From Macrostomum lignano (Eukaryota), in assembly GCA_002269645.1 (NCBI GenBank), contig NIVC01002681.1, positions 1-48,869 of the forward strand: 48,869 bases of DNA, read 5' to 3'. The notes under the pieces are model-generated. The model was not told the origin of the DNA, did no database searches, and worked only from the letters and a program-made list of their open reading frames with translations. Numbering within the stretch: position 1 is the first letter of the stretch; each line of letters opens with the position of its first letter. The position numbers were made by a program, and so were the translations under genes. This document shows, in pieces, positions 34,649-45,300 of the stretch.

Positions 34649-37600
34649 ATGGCTGATCGCATGCAAGACCAATCTGTTCATACAGCTGTACGACCTGGAG
34701 CAGCCCCGGGCAAGGAAGCCAGCTCGGCTAAGCGAAATCCTAATATAGTGATGCGCCAGCCACCTGCCGAATCAGCAAATAGAAACTCGTCCGATTTAGA
34801 TGGCGACAATATTCAACCGCCTCAGCAGCCGCCGCCAGTTGCGCCGAAGCCTAAAGGCAAGAAAAAAGATAAGAAAGAGAAAGACAAAGACAGAGAGAAG
34901 AAAAAGAAAAAAGACAAGGATAAGGACTCTGCTTCATCGCCGCCAGTGCCACCGCCGCCAGTAGCGCAGCCACCACTGCAGAAAGAGCCGCCCCCGTCAG
35001 TGCAGCCAATGCCTTCCCAGGCGCCGCCGCCACAGACACAGCCTGCGCCACCACAGCCGAAACCGCGCTCTCACGCTTTGCCTCAGACGGTGCCGTCACC
35101 GCAGCAACTGCCTTCGCCTACTCTACCGCCTCCCCAACCAGCGCAGGCGCAGCAGCAGTTGCGATCTTCGTCTCTGCCTCGCAATCAACCGGTAAATGCG
35201 AGCGGATCCACCAGCGGAGCTGTTACCGCATCCGCTGCTCCTATGTTGCCTAATGCCGCAGTCGCTGCTGCAGCAAGCAAGCCGCAACAGTCTCAATCGT
35301 TCCATGGCACCACCGCTGCCAGCCAGCCATCCGCCAGCGCCGTACCAGTTGATAATTTCGGTCCTGGCTTAGTTGGCATTGTTAATCACGGCAATAGTTG
35401 CTACATGAATGCCATAGTGCAATGCATCTGCCATGTTGACCCGCTGGCGCACTACTTTGCGTCCGAGCTATACCTACAAGACCTGTACGCGGGCACAGTT
35501 GATAAAAAAGGCCGCCCCATCCCACACGAATATCGCACCGAACTCACCGAGGCATTCGCTCAGCTATTAAAATCGCTTTGGTTTGGCAACTATCAGCCTC
35601 AACTGTCTGACAATCTTCGTCAGATTGTTGCTCAGACTCGACCGGAACTGGCTCTCCGGGATCAACAGGACGCCCACGAGTTTATGCTGCTGCTCCTGGA
35701 TCATCTCCACGATGAGCTCAATGGCTATAAACGACAGCCTAAGGCTAAACAGAAGCCGCCGCTACCCCCTTCTGTCAATGCCGACAGTGCCACTTTTGCC
35801 GACGACCACGCTCAAAGAAATCGTTCCGTTGTCTACCAGTTGTTCTATGGTTACCAGCGCAATCGTCTGCAGTGTCCTGGATGCAGTTTCACCACCAGCA
35901 CTACGGAGCCTATCACATGCTTGTCTCTGCCAATTCCTGTAGGCACAACCCGAGCGCTCACTATCGTACTAGCTGACGAGCGCGGCCGTCAGACTCGATT
36001 CGGCTTGGAAGTTGCTGCTGATGGTTCTGTGCGCGAGCTTCGACGCAGTTTGACAACTCGCTGGCAGCTGGAGGATCCCCGTCATCTGCTCCTGTGCGAA
36101 CTTGGACCAAACGGATTCTGGCGCACATTCCGCGACACGGATTCCACGGCTCTGTTGTGCGAGCTGGGCGAAGCAGGCAGCCTCTATGCTATTCAACTGC
36201 CCAATCCAGTTATGGACGATGGCGACGATTCTGACTCGAGCGACTCAGAGCCCGTCTATCGACCGGACGGTATCGGTGCTGGCATCCGACCCCAGGAAGA
36301 GGACCTTAGCTACATTCGCATCGTGTCCGTTCACTGCGAGCGCACCCGCAGCGGAGAGCTGCGCCGCTTTACTGGCCCGCTGCACACTCAGCTCCAGGTA
36401 CACTGTACTCATGCCGAGCTTAAAGAGGCCCTACTAACCGAACTGGAAAGGGCTGGAGATCTGGCTCGAATTGCTAATAAACGCGATGTCTATGTTGAAC
36501 TGCGCCTTGTTGACGGACCTCCGCAGTCCTCTGTCCTCCAGCAGAATCAGCGTTCACCGCCTCTTGTTGGTCCCGCTGTAGACCGGGCATTGAACTTTAA
36601 TCTGACCGATGGCGGGCCGCGTCATCTTAAACTCACAGTTGTCTGGGGTGTCGCCGAACGACAGCGCTACGCTGCCGCTTACGTTGATGAAATTGAAGCC
36701 GACGCTAGTCTTCGGACGGCGGCTGCTCAACAGCAGGACAGGCCAGTCAGCTTGCAGGACTGTCTGGCCGAGTACATGCAGGGCTTCCCAGCTTCTTGGA
36801 TGTGCCCGAACTGTCGCCGAGTTCAACAAGCTGAACAAATCTCACGAATGTGGACTTGCCCTGATCTGTTGGTCATTCAATTGAAACGATTTCAACAGAC
36901 TGGAACGCGCAAATCCAAGGTTTCCGCTTTTGTCCAGTTTCCTATCGAATCGCTGGACATGTCCGAATACCTTGACGAGGAGAATCTTGGCCGCCTGAAT
37001 CCTTACTCGCTGTCTGCCACTGGCCGGCATCCGCAGTCAGCAACGCCAGCCGATTTCACCTACGATCTGGTTGGCGTAGTCAACCACACTGGCAGCCTAC
37101 AGTCTGGCCACTACACCGCCTTCACGTTGAGTCAATCTGATCATCAGTGGTGGCGATTCAGCGACGGCCAAGTTGAAGCTCTGTCCGACATGACCGCTGT
37201 TAGCTCTTCGGATGCCTATCTGCTCTTTTATCAGCGCAGAACTCTTCGGGCCATTTTTGTTAACAATGCTCACTGGAGTGTAGCGATCGCACAGCAGCAA
37301 ATGTACGAGCAACAGTTTGAGCAGCAGCCGCCTCAATCACAGCCGCTGCCATTCCAATCGCTCAATTTGCCACCGGACGCGTCTCTGCCGCGAGAAGATC
37401 TAGGCGACGGCGGCGAGGTAGCGCTCAGGCGATCCGCGCGTCCGCCACAGGCTACTCTACCTATCAACCTCATTCCTAATATGATGCCTGCACCTCCGCC
37501 TCAGCCACAGGCGCCAATTCTGTCCATTGACGAGACAGCCAGCGGCATGACTGTTAAGACTGGTCGAGCTCGGATTCACGTTCCAGATAGTAAGAAGCGT

Positions 37601-37693
37601 CAGGGCAAATGGGTGTGGCGCGGCGGCGTCAAAGTCTGGGACGGTCCGGATCCGCCGCCACCGCAGGAGCAGCCGGTGCCGCCGCCTGAATGA
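34649..37693 (+). CDS. USP31: Intronless ubiquitin-specific protease (USP31/USP43-like, C19 family), 1014 aa
   Basis: Cys box GIVNHGNSCYMNA (Cys251), QQDAHEF, CPGC/CPNC zinc finger, WTCPDLLVIQLKRF, His box NHTGSLQSGHYTAF (His821), FSD. The NHGN and QQ.....WT.PD motifs fit the USP31/43 group, but the exact orthologue is not resolved. Lys-rich and Pro-rich N-terminus. Confidence 0.92.
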   Translation: MADRMQDQSVHTAVRPGAAPGKEASSAKRNPNIVMRQPPAESANRNSSDLDGDNIQPPQQPPPVAPKPKGKKKDKKEKDKDREKKKKKDKDKDSASSPPVPPPPVAQPPLQKEPPPSVQPMPSQAPPPQTQPAPPQPKPRSHALPQTVPSPQQLPSPTLPPPQPAQAQQQLRSSSLPRNQPVNASGSTSGAVTASAAPMLPNAAVAAAASKPQQSQSFHGTTAASQPSASAVPVDNFGPGLVGIVNHGNSCYMNAIVQCICHVDPLAHYFASELYLQDLYAGTVDKKGRPIPHEYRTELTEAFAQLLKSLWFGNYQPQLSDNLRQIVAQTRPELALRDQQDAHEFMLLLLDHLHDELNGYKRQPKAKQKPPLPPSVNADSATFADDHAQRNRSVVYQLFYGYQRNRLQCPGCSFTTSTTEPITCLSLPIPVGTTRALTIVLADERGRQTRFGLEVAADGSVRELRRSLTTRWQLEDPRHLLLCELGPNGFWRTFRDTDSTALLCELGEAGSLYAIQLPNPVMDDGDDSDSSDSEPVYRPDGIGAGIRPQEEDLSYIRIVSVHCERTRSGELRRFTGPLHTQLQVHCTHAELKEALLTELERAGDLARIANKRDVYVELRLVDGPPQSSVLQQNQRSPPLVGPAVDRALNFNLTDGGPRHLKLTVVWGVAERQRYAAAYVDEIEADASLRTAAAQQQDRPVSLQDCLAEYMQGFPASWMCPNCRRVQQAEQISRMWTCPDLLVIQLKRFQQTGTRKSKVSAFVQFPIESLDMSEYLDEENLGRLNPYSLSATGRHPQSATPADFTYDLVGVVNHTGSLQSGHYTAFTLSQSDHQWWRFSDGQVEALSDMTAVSSSDAYLLFYQRRTLRAIFVNNAHWSVAIAQQQMYEQQFEQQPPQSQPLPFQSLNLPPDASLPREDLGDGGEVALRRSARPPQATLPINLIPNMMPAPPPQPQAPILSIDETASGMTVKTGRARIHVPDSKKRQGKWVWRGGVKVWDGPDPPPPQEQPVPPPE

Positions 37694-39182
37694 TCAATTG
37701 GTCCAAATCTGCTGCAGTCGTTCGCTCTTTAAAGACTTCCCATCTCTCTGTTTCTCCGCTTTCTCGATTCGTCTTTTCTACGCTCGTACGTGACTTTTTT
37801 TCTTGTCTTTTAAAACATGCCAAGCTTTACTAACTGACTTGACTTTTAAAGAATTTTTGTTACTAATTGTTGAGTCGAATTTGGCGTCAAGAGAAGGCAC
37901 AGTTTCAGTGTGCTCAAAGTACTCCAGAAGAGAGCTAGCATATCAGCTAAGTGTAAAGTATTGAATGACAGTAAAATATTGTGTTAACCAAAGCGTATCG
38001 ATGTTAGATTTATTGACGTGTATCTAATAGCTATCATTAAAAATATGAAAAACTTCTAAATGATTCCACATTCGACTTATACACCACCACTTCAACAAAA
38101 AACTTTTTTGGAGTAGCATACCAACTTGACAAAATTATATTGTTAACTTTCCATTTGCCATGCATAGGCTAGTTTTAGTTGTTGAGAGGACATTTCTCCT
38201 TTAGTATCTCTAGTATGCATCCATCTTTTTGTAGAACTGAGCCATTTATTGCAACTCGGTTATAAAATACACAATCAGTCCAATAATTACAAAACCTCCT
38301 CCGCTATGTTTTTTTCTAAAGACTAACCAAATCTGCTTGGCTGTGCCTGCATTGTGATGTGATGCGCTTATTAATAACTGGCGCTTATTACTTAGTATTT
38401 TAGTTCGGCATATATGATTCCATATTTACAAATTTAATAAATATTGCTTAAAATTTGTTTTTTTTAAGCAACAAAATTTCTAATGCCACTATAGACATTC
38501 CACAATAGGTGAAGCTCTCTATACGAAGGCCTGTTGACTGCACATTCCTGCGCTCCATGTGTTTTTGCAACTCTCTGGTTACTTGTACTTGTATGACAGC
38601 ACCTTTTTAGTCCGGGCTGTCTGGTTACATTTTGATTATTCTACGAGCTATGCTATTTAATGCTCTTGTACGTTTCCATTTAATTGTATATGAAAAGTTT
38701 TTCTCTGTCCCTGTGTACTGCCCCACATTCCGTGATCCTATTGGCTATTACATTCCAGTATGCTGATATTCAATATTATCAGCAAATATTCTACCTTTAT
38801 GACCTTCTTGATTCACGTTGACTTTTTTGATTAATTCTTCACTCTAAAATACCAATTCACCCCAATCTGATTCGATCAGTTTTAGCTGTGCATGCGACTC
38901 ATTTAGCTAACAATATCTATTAAATATTAATAAAGTCGATATGAAAAGTGCAGATTTGCACATTCATAAAAATCCCAAACAATACATGTGCCCTTTTACT
39001 ATTAACAGTTATTAAGTACCTGAAAAGCGATTCAAAATGTCTTAAAATTGTTGCGAATTGCTTGAGGTCTTAATCATTTTTTGCCATAGTTCATCAATGC
39101 CAACTCATTTAGGCACATGTAGATGAGGATAGGCTTAGCAACAAGATCATCGTCATTATTTTCTCTTTTAATTTCGTTTTAG

Positions 39183-39246
39183 CGCTACCAATTTGCTGAG
39201 CTGGAGATATGCGGATGAAAACTGGGCAGGTATCCACAGATTGAGG
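39183..39246 (+). CDS. SELENOF: SELENOF exon containing the selenocysteine codon (RYQFAELEICG-U-KLGRYPQIE)
   Basis: TGA at 39216-39218 in the conserved CGUKLGR motif. ttttag acceptor and gtaagt donor in compatible phases. Confidence 0.95.
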
Positions 39247-39878
39247 GTAAGTTATTAAAGTTAATGCTAAATTTTCGTTTTTCATTTACTATACTAATAG
39301 TATCGAGGTTTAAGGTATAGGCAATTTTTTAAGTTCATAGACTTAGAAATAGTTGTACGTGTATGTCCAAGTATCCTACTGTTTCGCAAGTAGTAGAAAG
39401 GGTGTCAAGTCTGACTGTTCTATTTAACTAGTTGGTTTTGGTTTTATTATTTGTATGAACGTAGTACGCGCGACACTTGTTGACGGAAATCTTTGAGTTT
39501 TCAGCAGTTATATATCGTAATTTCGAAGCATATTTTTCCAATTTTAACAGCCAATTTAAAATGAATGTGATTTAATACTTTCACTATGAAATCATTTTAA
39601 TTTTGTAATAATTTAAACACAGCGAGCTTGAAATTTGGAAGTTACGTAAAGAAGAACAATTCATATCGGATTGTACCTGCGTGTAAAACGATGTCGTCGT
39701 TAAAATTCAATAAAATAAACGTCTTTGGATACAGTTTTAACACAGAGTAGTCTGACTGACTCAAGCTGTAGCTTTTAAAGTGATAGATAATAAAACCAAA
39801 ATAAATTTAAAGTTAACACAGTCACCGCACAAGCTGAAACTCAAAGTTAGCCAATTCTGGCAAAACTGGATATTGCAG

Positions 39879-40066
39879 CATTCATTAAGTCGAACCGACC
39901 GTCTCAGTTCCCGGGCTTGAGCATCAAGTACAAGCGGGGCGCTGAGCCGGTCATCCGGCTGATGCAGGACGAGGCTGCCAGGTCTGCTGGCACCGGTGAG
40001 GAGTTCGGCATCGATCGATGGGACACTGACACTCTGGAGGAGTTCCTCCGGGAGCGACTGGTGTAG
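39879..40066 (+). CDS. SELENOF: SELENOF last coding exon
   Basis: AFIKSNRPSQFPGLSIKYKRGAEPVIRL...RWDTDTLEEFLRERLV*, the Sep15 thioredoxin-like C-terminus. TAG at 40064-40066. Confidence 0.95.
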
Positions 40067-40489
40067 AGTTCAGTTCCTTGAGTTGGTTACTATAACAAGG
40101 CCATGGGGTGCTAAGTAAAACATTGCAATTGATAAAATGAAATTATAGCAATAATGGGCTAAATTATGCATAAAAATTGATAACTGCATTGATAGCAGTT
40201 AGCTGAACTGACTTAAAAAAGCATTTCATGGTCTTAACTAGTTTCAACAGACAATCGGTTTACATTTGATGCTTCGAGTCTAAGGGATACCTGCGTTACC
40301 AAAATATCATACTACTTTATTATTAAAAATGAAGCTGGGGAAGGGGCAAGTGAATGATCAAATTGCTTTTGTCGATTCGCTTTGCTCTGTAGCAAAAGCG
40401 AAAATGCGTAGCAAAATGAACTTTAATGGTCTGCAATTAGTCGGTTTGATATTAAATATAGCTATGTGTTGTCGTTATCCCACAGCTAA

Positions 40490-40562
40490 AAAAGCGCTCA
40501 TGACGCCATCGAGTAAAACTGACAATTTTGCAGTGCTCGATGAGCTGATTCTATCTGCTTTT
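40490..40562 (+). promoter_or_regulatory. Type II SECIS element in the SELENOF 3' UTR
   Basis: ATGA at 40500, helix gccatcgagt/gctcgatg(a)gc, unpaired AAA, mini-stem actg/cagt, TGA at 40546. Lower helix aaagcg/tgcttt. AATAAA at 40729-40734. Confidence 0.88.
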
Positions 40563-42342
40563 TTATTCTGCTTGGGATCCGCAGAATTGTTGCTTTTCCC
40601 TCTACAATGTTACATAATATTAGTCTTGCTCTCAACTTAATGTAGTGTTACAATGCATTAATAGTCTCTGGACAGTGCGAAAACCAGCATTGTTTAGTTT
40701 CACAAGCTTCCACAATTAATCAATTTGAAATAAATTTGAGCACAAAGCGCACGCTTTCAGTGTAGCATCGTCAACTTTCTGAAAAGTGGTTTTTACTGCA
40801 ACTGTATTTAACCAGAGTAACTATTTTGATGAGCGAGCAAATCTTCATTCCAGATGCAATCCAGTACAAATATGCGTACAATTATATAACTATAAGTCCC
40901 TTTCGGTTCGCTCACGCCACCATTAATGAAGCCTTTGAGCCAACTAATTTTTTTCTGAATCAATTGTTACCATTGCTGAACTACATGTATATTAGTCCAA
41001 GGCTATATTAGTAGAACTGCACTATTTTGAAAATAAACGCAAATTAACGCAACAATGTATTTTTGAATCCAGAAATTCGAGCCTTAAACCAAACGCATCC
41101 CTAACAGAATGCTTGCACTAACCCAGACAAAGCTCCGTTGTTGCTCGTAAAGCCGTCAAACGGCTAAGATATCAACATTGCTTACTTCTATCATTCAGCT
41201 GTACTACTGTACGCCGAGTAGCACTCGACACATTGAAGCATTTTTATCAGAAATAAAAAAAAAACATTAGATACCGTTTTATACTATGCAGTAACGTTAG
41301 TGCAAGAGTTAAACCATTTACATGTACAAGCGGTAGCCATATTGTACGCTCGTATTTTACATGTAAGAGCGGTTTAGCAGTGTAATTACTAGCTATTTTT
41401 ATTTCAATTTCCTAATGAAAGTGCGAATTCACTAGTTAGCTCAAAGTACGCTATATTCATAGCTAGTAGCTAATGCAGTGCATAGGTCGTACGAGCGTAC
41501 AGTGTATTTGTCTTGAAAAAGTTGACAGGCAAATAATACACCTAAGTGATATTGGGCCACGTGTACATCCTAAAAAAAGTTTAAAAGTGCCGATCATTTT
41601 GTATTTGCTTAAGGCTGCTTGGGTTCAAGTACTATAATTAGCTCAGCTTGCATAATTTAAGGCTCCAACATATTAATAAAATTAAAGCGAAATAGTAGTG
41701 ACAAACAAGCAAGTTTGAAGGCTCGTTCACACACCGCCATCGAATAGTAAGCCATGAAACCGACGCAAAAAATAGAAACCCAATGAAAAGTGAGGTGCAA
41801 GTTGTGTAATCACTAAAAGGGGTGCAATTCATACCTCTAAAAATGTCGACAGCACCTCTCATAGTTCCGACAATTTCTTAACCCTACCCTAACCCTAACC
41901 GTTGATGGAGATACAGAGTTGTGAGAGAAGCTGCATGATGGATGGTTTTCGGAGATGTGAAACCCCCTCAATAAAATTGGCTGAATCTGATGGTGGTGTG
42001 AATGGGTCGTTTAAGCGATTAAAGTTTTGCGTAAATGTTTAATTCAGGCAAACAATTGAGTTTAATAAATGAGATACTTTAAAAATCTACTCCTAAAAAG
42101 CCTACATATAAAATTAGGGGAAATAAAAAAAAGTTTGCTATCGCATTTGAATTTTCAAGTACGTGTATGCTTTTCGTGTACAGGGATTGAAATCATATAA
42201 CAACGGTTAGGGAAAACATTATTGAAAACGATCGGGCTTCATTGATAAGTTACCAGCTACACTGTATAGCTAATTCTCAGTGGCAGGATTACGGTGGTTC
42301 TCTGCCATGGCTATATGTATAATTGAATTAAGATCAACTAAG

Positions 42343-45300
42343 CTACTTGAGATCCCAATAGTGGTGGCTGTAGTAGTCGGGCACTCTGATGTTGAACTCC
42401 TTCGCCTTATATTCCGGCTGCCGGTCCACAGGCCGAAGAAAGGCGGGTCGCGGTGTCGTACCGGCGCTGCAGAAATTGGCCAGCTCGATTTTACCGTCGA
42501 TTTCGGTCACACGGGAGGGCCCGATAGTCACCCGAAACTGGGAGACGCGAATCAGAGGATGGACTCGGTTGATGTAGCTCTCCGGCTCTTGAGGCAGTTG
42601 GTCCGGCAATTTCTCGCGAATGCTCACTGGTAGAATGTCTCTACAATCAGTGATGCAGGACTGCATAGCTTTTCTGGCTTCATGGAAGTCTTCTGGATCA
42701 CTCCGAGTGCACACTGAGCAGGAATTATCGAAGTCTCGCCAGCTCTGGTGTCCATCCAAAGTTCTTTGAGGTGCCTCGAACTCTCTATTGAAATCCGTCG
42801 TGGCCTTATCCACCAGCAGTTTTAGCTGTTGTTCGGTATTTTTATAGTCTGGAACTTCAAAGTCGCAGTTGATCTGGCTTGGCACTGCTTCCAGTTTGGC
42901 CTGAATTTCCGCTTTGATTGAGCGACACTCGGAATCGAATTGCCACCATTCTTGATCTGATTCTTTTGCGCTTACAGGCAGAAACTTACAGGCAGTGGCT
43001 GCGTCTGAGCTGAAGTCGATTGAACTTGAAGGCTCCGGTGCCTCAGTGAGGCTTTTGGCTGCCTCTGTCAGTGAACTGAACGGCTGTGGTGCCTCAGTGG
43101 GGCTTTTGGCTGCCTCTGTCAGTGAACTGATCGGCTGTGGTGCCTCAGTGGGGCTTTTGGCTGCCTCTGTCAGTGAACTGATCGGCTCCGGTGTCTCATG
43201 GAATTCGACAGCTGTTTCTGAGAATCTAGGATCATTGCTGATTCTCTCCTCAACATTAGTCAATGCGTTCAACTCCCAAGGAGTGAGGAGGCGCTCTTCA
43301 AGTTCTTTAGCTAGTGAAGCTTGAGTAGTCTTAGGATTCATTTGAGTCGGAGAAGACAAACTGAAAGCTTCGTTGTGACGTGTGTAAGCACTGGAAATGC
43401 TTGCAAACGGAGATGTAGCCTTTGTTGTGATGGAACCTTCGAAGCCAAGGTGCTCAGTATATCTGCCATTGTTTCGCATACCCTGTGTTTTCTCATCCAG
43501 TGTGATCTGCTTAGCTTGTATTGTATATTCCTGCAGATCGATTCCACCTGACTCGGCTATGAGGCAGATCTGCTTTAAGGACGCAACGCAAATATTTCTG
43601 AAGCTGATGGACGGAGCGGCAAGTGTTATGCCGAATTTCAGAGCAAGTTCCCTTTCTCGGAACTCATTGCCAGAAAGTTTGATTGGCTTTCTAGTTTTTA
43701 TTTTCAATACATTCCTGACACACTCGAAAGTTTTTGCATTGATGAATCGGACCAAATTCTCCTTGTCAAAACTTGGGCAGTCAATTTGAAGTTCGTCAAA
43801 CTGGCAGTCTTTTGCAGCTCCAAAATCTGGCAGTTCTGATTCTGAGCGAATAAGAAAAGAAGCTGCGGTGATTCCACTGTTCACCCGAATTCTGCCCGAT
43901 GAAGTGACCTGCAGGCTGGAATCCACTTTTAGGCTCCCGATGTGCAGCTCGCTAGCGCAGTCAATACGAAGTGACTTAATAAATGAGATCTCTCCATCAA
44001 TACTGACAACTCTTGCTGATACTGCCACTTCATCGCTAATCAGGCACTTGCGAATATGCACTTTGCTGGCAGCACTGATCCAAGATCTTTCACTCGTGTC
44101 TGCACCATTTATTTCCACTTCGCTGCCCTCTAGGTGGAAGCTTCTGCATTTGGAATTCTCTAATTTGAGCAACCCCTGCTTGCCAAATGACTTCACTGCA
44201 CCGTTAAGTTGGCAGTCCGATAGACTCAGTGATCCGGACACAAACAGACTGCACCTGTTGCTCACTCTGGCCCCGTGGATAAAACCATCATGACTGCGCA
44301 GTGTTAGGGATGCAGAGAACTCCGGGTTTTCCATTTCACAGCGCTCACAGTCGATGCTCACATTTTGATCGAACCTGCAAAGTTTCATTGCGTCAAATGT
44401 GTGACATTTCAACGTCACTTCTCCTTTGAATCCACAGCACTCGCTAATTGAAATTTTGTTGAATTCGTCGATTTTAAAAGTCAACTCTGTTGAAAATCCT
44501 TCAATCGTTGCAGTGGCCGAAGCTTTGGATCCTTTGGGGCAAATCCAGGCTGATCCAACTTTGGCAGTTTTAATTTCCAGCTTGTTCACTTTCAATACAA
44601 GCTCTTGCTGAATGTCTGTTTCACCAGCTAAGACAAAAGAGTCGCATGACAGTTCCGTGTGCTTTAGTGATGAAGTCAAAATTGACATATTTTCCACTGA
44701 GCCCTTTAGCGAATCAATAAATCCTGAGCTTATCTTACATTGTGTCGGCTCAGCGCTCAAAATCAGCATCGAAGTCTCAACATTTTCTAGTTTTATATCA
44801 TTACCGGTCAAAAGAGCTGTATTCTCAATCGTCACGTGACTCAACACAACCGTCTTGGGTCTCGAATTCACTTGAAGCTGCATTGTCCTGATGTTTTTTA
44901 TGTTCACAGCTGTTCCTTCAGCGCATGTTTCAGGGCCAGACATCACAAGCAATTCTTTTGTGAATCCTTCGCTTTCTTGTTTGGAATTTATACCGTCTAG
45001 ATCAAGCACCCTTGTCTGTACCTGCATTCGATCCTGCACCAAAACACCACAAACCATTGTAACATCTGCTTTTAGTAGAAGGCTTTCAATGAATTCACAC
45101 GCGGTCACCTGCGCAGTAGTTTCAACTTTCGCTTCAACCTTTTGAACACAACAGCCTTGAAGTTGGAGTTTTTTTTGTCTTAAGTTGGACCTCTGCATAT
45201 CGCAAACTTTTGATCTCGCAAATGTTTGAGGCGCTGACTTGAATTCTGGTAGCATCAGTGTCTGCAACGCGGACTTCGGCGCTCTGGATGCAGGCTGTAT

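Noticed and set aside
41878-42212. Telomere-like aaccctaccctaaccctaacc and a 12-bp inverted repeat (41893-41904 / 42201-42212)
   Set aside because: There are only about 3 imperfect units and no TSD around the short inverted repeat, which is not enough to call an interstitial telomere or a MITE.
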